DNA of 64,000 nt from a virus, in the IMG/VR virus record IMGVR_UViG_3300045988_132434, positions 1 to 64,000 of that record; one strand, given 5' to 3'. The number at the start of each line of letters is the position of its first letter. Positions within the stretch are counted from its first letter, which is position 1. The notes below the pieces were generated by a model. The model did not search any database and had not been told where the DNA came from. It worked only from the letters and a program-made list of their open reading frames with translations. Below are positions 19,111 to 28,451 of this stretch, piece after piece. The translations under genes and the position numbers were made by a program.

Positions 19111-19704
19111 ATGGCTAAGGACTGGGTGGGTGGCTCGGCTGCTGTGTTCAAGACATTAGGAGCGAGTAATCATGCTGACGGAGAACGACAGCGTGAGGAC
19201 TATTACGCTACGGAGCCAAAAGCTACGGAATGGCTCTGCAAGCTGGAGCAGTTTGAGGGCAGGATATTAGAGCCGTCGTGTGGCGAGGGACACATGAGCG
19301 AGGTACTGAAGGCAGCAGGATATGAGGTGGTGAGCCGCGACCTTGTGGATAGAGGCTACGGCGAGGTGGCTGACTTCCTCGCTATTGACAACTTGGAGTG
19401 GGACGGCAACATCGTTACCAACCCACCCTACAAATTCGCGCAGCAGTTTGTGGAGAAGGCTCTGAGCATCATTCCCGAAGGAAAGAAGGTGGCGATGTTC
19501 CTGAAGCTGACTTTCCTCGAAGGCAAGGCTCGACGCGCTCTCTTCCGTTCTACCCCCCCCATTCGTGTTTGGGTAAGCTCGTCAAGACTGAAATGCGCTA
19601 TGAATGGCGACTTCGACAAGTACGGCGGCAGCGCTGCGGCTTACGCCTGGTTCGTGTGGGAGAAAGGATATAAGGGCGAGACAACCGTAAAATGGTTTAA
19701 CTGA
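19111..19704 (+). CDS. DNA methyltransferase (amino-MTase, NPPY)
   Basis: Motif I ILEPSCGEGH and motif IV IVTNPPY. A C8 tract lies at 19553-19560. Confidence 0.7.
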   Translation: MAKDWVGGSAAVFKTLGASNHADGERQREDYYATEPKATEWLCKLEQFEGRILEPSCGEGHMSEVLKAAGYEVVSRDLVDRGYGEVADFLAIDNLEWDGNIVTNPPYKFAQQFVEKALSIIPEGKKVAMFLKLTFLEGKARRALFRSTPPIRVWVSSSRLKCAMNGDFDKYGGSAAAYAWFVWEKGYKGETTVKWFN

Positions 19705-19722
19705 TAAAAAAAACAATAGAGA

Positions 19723-20508
19723 ATGATAGAACTGAATAAGATATATAATGAAGACTGCCTGGAAGGGATGAAACGGATTCCTGACGGGAGCGTGGATTGC
19801 ATCGTGTGCGATTTGCCGTACGGTACTACTGCTTGTGCTTGGGATAGCGTAATTCCATTTGACAAGTTGTGGGAGCAATACAAGAGAATCATAAAGAATA
19901 CTGGTGCTATAGTCTTGTTTAGTCAGCAACCTTTTACGTCTGCGCTTATCATGTCGAACATAGATATGTATAAGTATAATTGGATATGGAAAAAGGAGAG
20001 TGGTACTAATTACTTAAATTCCCATCATCAACCATTGAAGATTACAGAAGATATATGTGTTTTTGGAATGGCTGCAACAACTGAAAGCAAGAAAAAAAAG
20101 TATATGGAGTATCATCCTCAAATGATTAAGGGGTACAAGCCTTATGCCTGCAAAAATGGCATTCAACGAAAAGACTCTGCAATGGTACGAGGAAAATGTC
20201 AAGCGCAGACTGGAGGAGCTGTGACGGTAAGTGATGGTTCTCGTTTCCCTATAAATTTACTCGAATTTATTCGGGATAAGGAGAAGATCCATCCCACCCA
20301 AAAGCCCGTAGCTCTTATTCAGTATCTCATCCGTACCTACTCCAACGAGGGCGACACCATATTAGACAACTGCATGGGCAGCGGCACCACCGCCATTGCA
20401 GCCATCCGCGAGAAGCGCAACTTCATCGGCTTTGAGCTCAACAAGGAGTATTACGACAAGGCTTGTAAGCGCATCAAAATGGAGCTGGCGCAGCCTACTC
20501 TCTTCTGA
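19723..20508 (+). CDS. DNA methyltransferase (beta-class N4-C/N6-A, DPPY-type)
   Basis: VDCIVCDLPYG, HPTQKPVAL and ILDNCMGSGTTAIAA. Confidence 0.8.
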   Translation: MIELNKIYNEDCLEGMKRIPDGSVDCIVCDLPYGTTACAWDSVIPFDKLWEQYKRIIKNTGAIVLFSQQPFTSALIMSNIDMYKYNWIWKKESGTNYLNSHHQPLKITEDICVFGMAATTESKKKKYMEYHPQMIKGYKPYACKNGIQRKDSAMVRGKCQAQTGGAVTVSDGSRFPINLLEFIRDKEKIHPTQKPVALIQYLIRTYSNEGDTILDNCMGSGTTAIAAIREKRNFIGFELNKEYYDKACKRIKMELAQPTLF

Positions 20509-20540
20509 CAACACAACTAACAACAACACAAAAACAATAC

Positions 20541-20771
20541 ATGAGTAACAACCGACACAAATACTTCAACAAGGTGCCGCCGTTCAAGCCGGACCCTGAA
20601 CACTACACACGCAAGCAACGCTCATGGAAGGCAAAGGAGACCTACGAGACCGAGGATGATGCTTGGGAATATCTCAATCAGAACCCGAAGCTACTGGCGC
20701 AGGGCATGACGGTGTACCGATGCAGGACGTGCAACAAATGGCATGTAGGGCATAAGACGCACAGCGAATAA
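20541..20771 (+). CDS. small hypothetical protein with C-terminal CxxC..H motif
   Basis: 76 aa containing YRCRTCNKWHVGHK. Confidence 0.45.
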   Translation: MSNNRHKYFNKVPPFKPDPEHYTRKQRSWKAKETYETEDDAWEYLNQNPKLLAQGMTVYRCRTCNKWHVGHKTHSE

Positions 20772-20801
20772 GGAACACAACACAAAATCAGGATAACAAC
20801 A

Positions 20802-22796
20802 ATGCAGCAAGCACATAACATTTACTTAACCAAATTCCAGCAGCAGTCGCTATACATGGGAGCCAAGGACGAGCGAGTGATTGCTGCCCGCCGTGTGGGT
20901 AAGACCGACGGACTGGTGGCTCCCTATGTCTGGACGGCATCAAACTCCATGCCTGGTATGCTCGGCGCATGGGTGGCGGTGTCGCGACAACAGGGCTTTG
21001 GTAAGACCATACCGGGCACCATGGCTGCCATGGAACGTATGTTCGGTTTTACGCAAGGCATACACTTCGGTTGGGGCCGCCCACCGAAACACGCTCGCGA
21101 GAGTATCTTCAAACCTAAGAACTACGACAACTACATTTGGTTTGCCAATGGTTCTGGTTGGGTGCTTATCTCGCTCTCGCAGACTGCCTCTGCCAACTCT
21201 TACACGTTCTCGGCCATGGTGGGCGACGAGGCGAGGTTCTTTCCCTATAAGAAAGTAACGGACGAGTTGATGCCGGCGCTTTCAGGACAGACGCATCCCT
21301 TGGGCGACATCAACTTCTCCGACTACAACCCGATGTATAAAAGTACGCGCTTCCTCTCGGATGCCTCACTCACGGCCAAAGGGTCGTGGTTAGAGAAGGA
21401 GGAAGAGAAACTGGACTTGCAAATCGAGGCAGGCCCGTTCAAAGGTAAGACGTATCGGTGGGTGCAGGAGCAGTTGGAGGAATATGCCAATAAGGTGATA
21501 CGCTACAACGACCTGCTGTATAACGCCAAAAAGACTGGCCACTCGGTTCATGTGGCGCCGAAGGAGCTGCGCACGATGATCCGTGCCATGGCTCTGAAGA
21601 TGATGAAGCATGAGGGACAGTTCAAGATAATGCCCAACCATGGCCTACACGTCACAAAGGGCATGGTGGATATGGCTGTCAACTATAAACTCATTCCTGC
21701 GAATGATGCTGAACTGATTTACGACTACGAGTATCTGATTACGCCCGAAGAGGATTTCGAGATGCAGATGTTTCTGCGCTCAAAAAAGTTTGCGGACGGC
21801 TACCTGAGAGAGCTGCGCCGAGTGGCTTTCTGCGTGCGTCGAGCTTCATCCCTCGACAATGTGGACATTTTGAGTGAGGATTACATAAGGCAGATGCGCC
21901 GCGATTTGCCTCCGATGACCTTCGCAATTTCAATCCTCAACATCAAAGTAAAGAAGACAAACGATGGCTTTTACTCCAACCTCGACATCGATCATGTTCA
22001 CGGATATATCCCCGACGAAATAGACCCTTTGTCGTCAGCCAATTTTACTACGCAAAAAGTGTCGGGCATCATCGGCGGCAAGCGCATCATAAGCGAGAAC
22101 TACCAACCCGACTTCCAGGAGCTCGCCGAGCGCAACGACTCGCGCATGGATGCCGACTGCATCAACTCTCTACCTTTATATATAGCCCTCGACTACAACG
22201 CCAACATCAATACGCTTGTGGTGGGTCAGATGTACGAGCGTGACGGAATGGAATGTCTGAACGTCATCAAGAGCTTCTATGTGAAGAACGAGCGCAAGTT
22301 GCGTGAGCTGATAGCCGACTTCTCTGATTATTACGCACCCAAGCGAGCCATCAACCGTGACGTGACGTATTTCTATGATGCCACAGCAAAGCAGGGAGCT
22401 TCCTACGCTTCGTCAGACGAGCGATTCTATATGACCGTGATTGCTGAACTGGAGAAGCGAGGGTGGAACGTGACAGCCATAGATATGGGTGCTCCCGAGA
22501 AGCACGAGGTGAAGCACAAGATTATCAACGATGGCTTGGCTCACCTCTCCTACCCTGCCATCCGTATCAACCAGGTGAACAATCCCGACCTTATCATTGC
22601 CATGCAACTCTGCGAGGTGCAGATTTCGTACAAGGGATTCCACAAAGACAAAAGCCAAGAGAAGAAACCGGAGAGCGAGGACACACTGCCCCTGCAGCAA
22701 CGTACCGACTTCACGGATGGCTTCGATACGCTGTACTTAGGTTGCAAGCTGTTCCGTAGTGGTGGCGGTTGGTTTGTATTACCAAGCGGACGATAA
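20802..22796 (+). CDS. terL: terminase large subunit
   Basis: Walker A-like AARRVGKTDG, Walker B AMVGDEARFF, and a size of 664 aa. Confidence 0.75.
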   Translation: MQQAHNIYLTKFQQQSLYMGAKDERVIAARRVGKTDGLVAPYVWTASNSMPGMLGAWVAVSRQQGFGKTIPGTMAAMERMFGFTQGIHFGWGRPPKHARESIFKPKNYDNYIWFANGSGWVLISLSQTASANSYTFSAMVGDEARFFPYKKVTDELMPALSGQTHPLGDINFSDYNPMYKSTRFLSDASLTAKGSWLEKEEEKLDLQIEAGPFKGKTYRWVQEQLEEYANKVIRYNDLLYNAKKTGHSVHVAPKELRTMIRAMALKMMKHEGQFKIMPNHGLHVTKGMVDMAVNYKLIPANDAELIYDYEYLITPEEDFEMQMFLRSKKFADGYLRELRRVAFCVRRASSLDNVDILSEDYIRQMRRDLPPMTFAISILNIKVKKTNDGFYSNLDIDHVHGYIPDEIDPLSSANFTTQKVSGIIGGKRIISENYQPDFQELAERNDSRMDADCINSLPLYIALDYNANINTLVVGQMYERDGMECLNVIKSFYVKNERKLRELIADFSDYYAPKRAINRDVTYFYDATAKQGASYASSDERFYMTVIAELEKRGWNVTAIDMGAPEKHEVKHKIINDGLAHLSYPAIRINQVNNPDLIIAMQLCEVQISYKGFHKDKSQEKKPESEDTLPLQQRTDFTDGFDTLYLGCKLFRSGGGWFVLPSGR

Positions 22797-22821
22797 ATAT
22801 ATCACCATCGTGGGTATCAAA

Positions 22822-22851
22822 AGAGGCAGGCGCTTCGCAGCGACTGCCTCT
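22822..22851. terminator. bidirectional hairpin between convergent genes
   Basis: AGAGGCAG (22822-22829) pairs with CTGCCTCT (22844-22851). Confidence 0.5.
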
Positions 22852-22944
22852 CTGCGTCTCTACTCCAAGAGACGGACAAAAGAAATTCCAGATCGTAACT
22901 TAAACAAAATCTAACATTATAACACTCTTTTATATTGTAGAACT

Positions 22945-23289
22945 TTACTCTCCTTTCATAAACTTATTGTATTGCTCGTCAGACATTTTGCCGTGATCAC
23001 GCAGAGTCTTGACATAAAAATATGCCACCTGCCCAAAGACAACCTTCAAACCTTCATAGGCCATATTAAGGAATCTCTCATCCAAGAGTTTTAGTTCGCT
23101 GACCTCATCATCTTTCTTGCTTGATATAGTCACGCTGTAAGAATCATCCTCCTTTACCTTATAGTCAAGGATAATGGAAAACAGTTCCTTATCTTTCAAC
23201 TCTTTCTGTGCCTCTTCATTTTTCTTTTCTTCTTCCATAGTTTTAATTGTTTTATATAGTTTATATTTCAGCTTCCACAAATTCATCAT
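22945..23289 (-). CDS. hypothetical protein
   Basis: 114 aa ORF. Confidence 0.5.
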   Translation of the reverse strand: MMNLWKLKYKLYKTIKTMEEEKKNEEAQKELKDKELFSIILDYKVKEDDSYSVTISSKKDDEVSELKLLDERFLNMAYEGLKVVFGQVAYFYVKTLRDHGKMSDEQYNKFMKGE

Positions 23290-24160
23290 CCTTTACCGTG
23301 TACCAAGTATCGGCCTTGATTAACTCACCATCCACACACCTTGTATGGGTATATGGGACGCTACGATGTTCTTCCTTGCTCCGTTTCCATTCTGTCAACG
23401 TAATCCACGTGCCGACACTTGCTTTGACCCTGGAATTGAAACCGGAGCATACCACAACAGAATTCTCTCCACCACAGCACACCTTGACATTAGCACCCGA
23501 TGTACTGATCTTGGCAGCTTTGCCGAACGATGCGATGTCGGCAAAGTCGCCAGACGAAGCAATCTGAGCGTTCTTACCTATCGAACATATCCGAGCACTG
23601 AAACCTGACGAAGCAATATAGCTGTTGGCACCAGACAAAGCGAGAACGGCATAATCGCCTATTGATCCTATATTAGAAAATTCATTCAGTGCGACAACCT
23701 GGGTGTAACGGCCGTAAGAAACGAGATGAGCTCCTTGTTGAAACGCAACGATGCTGTTACCATCGTAGTGGTTATCGCTATACGTCCCACCCTTTGCAAT
23801 GACAATGGGATCCGCATGATGTTTGACCCATTCAAATCCTGCGTTCAGAATATCGCGCAACGTCAACTCGGCATCAATCTTAATGAACGACGCACACAGC
23901 AATGTGGCACGGTTCCGGTCGATATTACCCGACATTTCTACCTCTGCAAAGCGAGACCCGAACATATCATAGTAAGAGAAAAGTTCAAGCGGAGACTCGC
24001 AAGCGTGAAAGCCTCTGGTACTACATTTGATCAATCCATCCATCTCATACTCCTTGCCCACCTCATACTGAAAGTCACGGCAGGTCATATCCTTATCGAA
24101 AGCCTTATAGGCCTTTATCTTCATTTCTTCCATCGTTTTCTTTTTCTTCGTTGACTTCAT
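23261..24160 (-). CDS. hypothetical protein: KAYKAF..DMTCRDFQYEVGKEYE..GFHACESPLELFSYY N-domain plus SxG-rich beta-helix-like repeats
   Basis: The N-terminal motif resembles a phage DUF I recall as DUF7666. The repeated I(A/G)S(S/I)G units suggest a solenoid. The start is uncertain (24160, 24133 or 24124). Confidence 0.5.
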   Translation of the reverse strand: MKSTKKKKTMEEMKIKAYKAFDKDMTCRDFQYEVGKEYEMDGLIKCSTRGFHACESPLELFSYYDMFGSRFAEVEMSGNIDRNRATLLCASFIKIDAELTLRDILNAGFEWVKHHADPIVIAKGGTYSDNHYDGNSIVAFQQGAHLVSYGRYTQVVALNEFSNIGSIGDYAVLALSGANSYIASSGFSARICSIGKNAQIASSGDFADIASFGKAAKISTSGANVKVCCGGENSVVVCSGFNSRVKASVGTWITLTEWKRSKEEHRSVPYTHTRCVDGELIKADTWYTVKDDEFVEAEI

Positions 24161-24410
24161 CTTTAATCTCTTGGAGCAACACACCAGAGGCTTTAAGTTC
24201 CAACATAGGACCTCCATTCTCCGTGATATACATCGTATCGGTATTGTTTCTGACACAAAATTCTTTTACCATACTTCTAATAAAATCGAAGACTTCGTTA
24301 TAAGTTAATACCTTGATGTCTGATGTCGTTTGGTTGGGTTTTCTTTTCGACATCTTCGCAATATACGCACCGAAAATGCCATAACACAATTTATAATCTT
24401 TTGCAGCCAT
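24105..24410 (-). CDS. hypothetical protein (in the -1 frame relative to the upstream ORF)
   Basis: Its ATG lies directly after an A7 run. Confidence 0.45.
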   Translation of the reverse strand: MAAKDYKLCYGIFGAYIAKMSKRKPNQTTSDIKVLTYNEVFDFIRSMVKEFCVRNNTDTMYITENGGPMLELKASGVLLQEIKDEVNEEKENDGRNEDKGL

Positions 24411-24790
24411 GTTTCTTTTTTTACATTAGTTACTTTACCTTTCTCATCCAACGTGATAACCTCATCGTCAACTTTCGGACGCAGAACCAGGTGATCCATA
24501 TACGGATATACAACAGCGTCAGAGAAGAAGCGTTTATATTCATTCTTATAAAGTTCTTCGCCATTGAAAAGTAGTCTAAATTCAGTAGATTTATCAGTTG
24601 TCGCTATCTCAACAGCTTCGTCATCCCAAGTCAGATCTCTGCCGATGAGCTTTTTAATAGAACCCTTGGGGAGTCTTATGGCACTATCGCAAAGATAATC
24701 GGGAAACCAATCTCCCCTCGTAAGACTCCTTATAGGCATGCTGGGGAAAACTCTTTCCGTGCCCGATTTGCTAACAGCTAACCATGCCAT
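24305..24790 (-). CDS. hypothetical protein
   Basis: 161 aa ORF. The last ~35 codons overlap the next ORF and look non-protein-like. Confidence 0.5.
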   Translation of the reverse strand: MAWLAVSKSGTERVFPSMPIRSLTRGDWFPDYLCDSAIRLPKGSIKKLIGRDLTWDDEAVEIATTDKSTEFRLLFNGEELYKNEYKRFFSDAVVYPYMDHLVLRPKVDDEVITLDEKGKVTNVKKETWLQKIINCVMAFSVRILRRCRKENPTKRHQTSRY

Positions 24791-24793
24791 GCG

Positions 24794-25453
24794 CTAATCC
24801 TCCTCGTCTTCTACTTTAATACCGAAGGGCGTGCCATCGAGGAAAGTGTAAAACTCAAAATAATATCCGAAATTCTGATACCCTCCGCTTTCGGTTCTCA
24901 CGTTGCACGCTCCTTTTACAATGTTACCGTCTTCATCCGTTTCGTCATTAACAAACAGAATATTATCATACACTTCATTATCCGCATCTTTCACCCACCC
25001 AAACGGCTCGTGCTTCTTCAATTCCTCGATACACTCTTGCGCGTTGTCAAATGGCCGGTAGGTTGCTTCTGGCTTGATGCGATACCTCAACTTGTCACTC
25101 CACGAAGGATTGAAAATAAGATTCCACTTGTCATTCTGCTCATCGTAGTACTCCACATTCTTTCCGTCCAGATACGCCTGCATCACCTTGATGCGCTCTT
25201 TAGTTTCTTCTCTTGTCATAATAATTTTGTTTTTAGTTTTTATAGAAATTGACAGTTTCCATAGCGCCACGGGACAGAATACCATGATAACGGTAGCCAG
25301 TCCCCACTTGGCACTAAAGGGAGTAAGTCGTATATGACCATACAATGCCAACACGGAGATAAATATCAGATAGCAAACACGCAGGGTGTTCAATCTGTAA
25401 TCCACATCTTTCATGCTGTTCATCACACTTCTGTAGTCCGCTCCATGCGCCAT
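24794..25453 (-). CDS. hypothetical membrane-anchored protein
   Basis: Two N-terminal hydrophobic segments followed by an acidic soluble domain. Confidence 0.5.
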   Translation of the reverse strand: MAHGADYRSVMNSMKDVDYRLNTLRVCYLIFISVLALYGHIRLTPFSAKWGLATVIMVFCPVALWKLSISIKTKNKIIMTREETKERIKVMQAYLDGKNVEYYDEQNDKWNLIFNPSWSDKLRYRIKPEATYRPFDNAQECIEELKKHEPFGWVKDADNEVYDNILFVNDETDEDGNIVKGACNVRTESGGYQNFGYYFEFYTFLDGTPFGIKVEDEED

Positions 25454-25653
25454 ATCTGGTCACTGATATGGTCGTACATCCGCTTACACCACTCGTCTGC
25501 CGGTTTGCCGTTCATCTTATCAGCAAATCTCCGCAGCGACACCAGCGTCACGTAAGTGCCTGTAGAGAGATTATCGCGCTTGACATTACATGCCTCTGTG
25601 CGGGTTATGCCACCGAGCTGATGGATCAACCATGCTTTTATTCTTTGTTTCAT
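25423..25653 (-). CDS. hypothetical protein
   Basis: 76 aa ORF. Confidence 0.4.
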   Translation of the reverse strand: MKQRIKAWLIHQLGGITRTEACNVKRDNLSTGTYVTLVSLRRFADKMNGKPADEWCKRMYDHISDQIWRMERTTEV

Positions 25654-25655
25654 TA

Positions 25656-26213
25656 TTATTCTTCGTTTTTAAGATTATGCTTAATATCATCGTACATGGC
25701 CATCTCAAACTTCTCTCCGTCATAGTGGCCGACAGCGAGCAACTGACCGTTTGCCTCTGTAGCCTGATTGACAGACGGCGCATTGGCACGGATGATGAAG
25801 ATGTCAAACTCCTTGATGCAGTCGAGCTGTTCAGGAGGTATCATCTCCATGTTCTCGCGAGCCTCCTGACGGATGCGATGGATGTCGGCTTTAGTCAGGT
25901 TGGCGTAATCTTTCTGAGCCTTGCGCACAGCATCGGTCTCTACCTTGATGCGGCGTGCCTCGTAGGCCTCACTGATGATGCGCTCATTCTGCCAAAGTGC
26001 TGCTTGGTTGAGGAAGTTCTGAAAACCTTTTTTCCCCTCTGCCAATTTCATTACCGCAAGGGCTTCCTCGATGATGAGTATCTTGTCTTTCTGTCGCCAG
26101 GTAATCAGTCCTCTTCGCTCAAACTTATCAAAGACGGAGATAACGAAAGCTATCTCTTTCAATTCTTTGAACATCTGCTTATTTTTGCCAAATCTCTTAA
26201 ATGGATTCCACAT
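25656..26213 (-). CDS. hypothetical protein
   Basis: 185 aa ORF. Confidence 0.5.
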   Translation of the reverse strand: MWNPFKRFGKNKQMFKELKEIAFVISVFDKFERRGLITWRQKDKILIIEEALAVMKLAEGKKGFQNFLNQAALWQNERIISEAYEARRIKVETDAVRKAQKDYANLTKADIHRIRQEARENMEMIPPEQLDCIKEFDIFIIRANAPSVNQATEANGQLLAVGHYDGEKFEMAMYDDIKHNLKNEE

Positions 26214-26280
26214 AGTTTTGCTGTTTTATGACCAACCAACACAGCCCATTGACAGGAGTCTGTGTCGGTTGGCAGTTGTT

Positions 26281-26595
26281 TTAATGGGTAATAAATCTCG
26301 TGCCATCTACTTCCAACACCAAGATGTCGTTGACCACGCGTATCTCGCCACTCTCCACAAACTGCACCTTACGCTGATGCTTTAGGATGTCAACCGATAG
26401 ACAGACACAGTTACCTTCATCAACATGACCTGTCTTGGTCAGAAAACGGATGAAGAACGGTTTGCGCTTTACGTTTCTGGCAGTCTGTGGATGCACATAG
26501 CCAGTCACCTGTTGACCCGTTCTTGGGTCGGTCCACTGCCACTTCTCACAATAGGCACGTAGGTTCTGATAGGATTGTCGGGGTCTGCTGTTCAT
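26281..26595 (-). CDS. hypothetical protein
   Basis: 104 aa ORF. Confidence 0.5.
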   Translation of the reverse strand: MNSRPRQSYQNLRAYCEKWQWTDPRTGQQVTGYVHPQTARNVKRKPFFIRFLTKTGHVDEGNCVCLSVDILKHQRKVQFVESGEIRVVNDILVLEVDGTRFITH

Positions 26596-27218
26596 TTGTA
26601 CGGTGGAAATTCAAAATGAAGGAAGTGATCTAACGTAGGCGACTGCACCTTGTTAAGGCTCGCATGGGCCTGTTGGCGATGTCGCAGGATGTCTGGAAAC
26701 AACACGTTGCGGATAGGATGCGACCAGTCGCTCTTCGTGGAAAACAGACTGAAGTTCGGATAGAACGTCATCGTGTATGACACCAGATTTGCCGTGTAGG
26801 GTCTGTCGGTCATCAAGCCGGTCAGCACCACGGCACGCTCGTAGTTATACAACACCATGTGCGAAGCCACGTCGGTAACGTCTTTGCTATGAGTGTATAG
26901 CACCTTATCCTTATAGTCGGAAAGATACTTAGCCACCATCTTACTACAGTCGTTGGCTGTCGTCAAGACCAGGTGGGTAATCCATCTGCGCTCAAAACAT
27001 TGTTGCAGGAACACAAAGCTGTCGCTGTTGGCGGTAGGCATAGACAGTGCCATCACATGAGCATCTATCACAAGGAAACTGATGGCACGATAGAATTTCT
27101 CCATCGTCACGTCACCATGTGTGTAAAACACCAACATCCTTTGTGGTGCCTGAGTTACTGCCTGTGGCAACTTTTTATCCACACAGCAGGGAGGAATGAA
27201 AAGAAGTGTATCGTCCAT
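26592..27218 (-). CDS. hypothetical protein
   Basis: 208 aa ORF with a 4-nt overlap with the next gene. Confidence 0.5.
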   Translation of the reverse strand: MDDTLLFIPPCCVDKKLPQAVTQAPQRMLVFYTHGDVTMEKFYRAISFLVIDAHVMALSMPTANSDSFVFLQQCFERRWITHLVLTTANDCSKMVAKYLSDYKDKVLYTHSKDVTDVASHMVLYNYERAVVLTGLMTDRPYTANLVSYTMTFYPNFSLFSTKSDWSHPIRNVLFPDILRHRQQAHASLNKVQSPTLDHFLHFEFPPYK

Positions 27219-27232
27219 CGTTGTACTATGAA

Positions 27233-28420
27233 TTATTCGTCGAGCAACATAGGCATTTCAAGCGCCAACACCTTGGGTGCGGGTTCGTCAGCAGTAAATA
27301 CTACGGCATGTGAGTTGTCAAGCAGACGCATGCGGATGGTGTTTGACGGTATGGCAGAGATACACGTTCTGAACGAATCAGATTTCAGTCCGATCTTGAA
27401 ACCATCTGTGCACGCAGCTTCTGACAGGAATACCTGGTCCTCGCCCGACTTGGCAAAGTCTGAGTCGCTGGCCGATACGGTAAGAAACATACCATTCTTC
27501 TCAACCTCGATAAGATTGCTGACACTGCTTGAGAAGAGACTGACACGACGCAGGATGCCCAGCATCTCCTTCTTGTCAAACACGACGTAATAAGGACTCG
27601 ATTTTGGTATGACGCTGTTGTAGTTTGGATATTTACCCTCGATATGCTTACAGATCAGTTCGGTGTCACCCGACGAAAAACGGATGACGTGACCGTCATT
27701 TTCGATGTCAACCGTCTCACATCCGTCGAAAGCCGACAGGATTTTGAGGTAGTTGCGATGAACTAACGTCTTGCGAGATTCTCCGCTCCGGAAGAAATCA
27801 CTGCCGCCTTTCTGTTCGTCGTTGCTGTGGTTGCGCTTGTATAGTATATTGCCGTCTGATCCGACAAATACGACCTCTGATTTATCTTCTGCTACGTCAA
27901 CACATAACACCGACATAACGGGACGCAACAAATCTTCGGCTAAGAAGTTTTGTGCCTGCGACAATACCTCGTCCACCACCACCATAGGCAACTGGATGTG
28001 GGTGCAGGCTGCATCAACGGACTTCATGAAGGTGAATGCTTTTCCGTCTTCACAGGGCACCGATACCTTACCGGTCTTGACATGATCAACGTCACCGGTG
28101 CAATAGGTCATTTCTACCGACTGATTGTTTTTAGCAAAGTCGAAGGTAATGGTACAGTCGGGCAGCGTTGACAGAAAAGGAATGACGACATTTACCGACA
28201 AGGCAATGGGCGAGGTAAACTCTCCTTCTACGATAGTCAATGGTGCAGGTACGGTCAACTGCGACTCAACTGTTGACGAGGTGAAGAAAAACTTGTCGCG
28301 CTCCTTCATCGTCAGCAATACGTTGTTGAATATGGCAACAACATTCTTGGTAGTCATACACTTTGCCGACTTCTGCAATGCCTCTCTCAGGAGTTTGGAT
28401 GATTGTGCTTGTAATTTCAT
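27233..28420 (-). CDS. dnaN: DNA polymerase III beta sliding clamp-like protein
   Basis: The N-terminus has the DnaN pattern (L..AL......K....I..NVLL). Also VGSDGNILYK and the hallmark GKYPNYNSVIP. Length is 395 aa. Confidence 0.75.
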   Translation of the reverse strand: MKLQAQSSKLLREALQKSAKCMTTKNVVAIFNNVLLTMKERDKFFFTSSTVESQLTVPAPLTIVEGEFTSPIALSVNVVIPFLSTLPDCTITFDFAKNNQSVEMTYCTGDVDHVKTGKVSVPCEDGKAFTFMKSVDAACTHIQLPMVVVDEVLSQAQNFLAEDLLRPVMSVLCVDVAEDKSEVVFVGSDGNILYKRNHSNDEQKGGSDFFRSGESRKTLVHRNYLKILSAFDGCETVDIENDGHVIRFSSGDTELICKHIEGKYPNYNSVIPKSSPYYVVFDKKEMLGILRRVSLFSSSVSNLIEVEKNGMFLTVSASDSDFAKSGEDQVFLSEAACTDGFKIGLKSDSFRTCISAIPSNTIRMRLLDNSHAVVFTADEPAPKVLALEMPMLLDE

Positions 28421-28451
28421 TATGTTTTTATTTTTTTGTTAGGTTATGATT

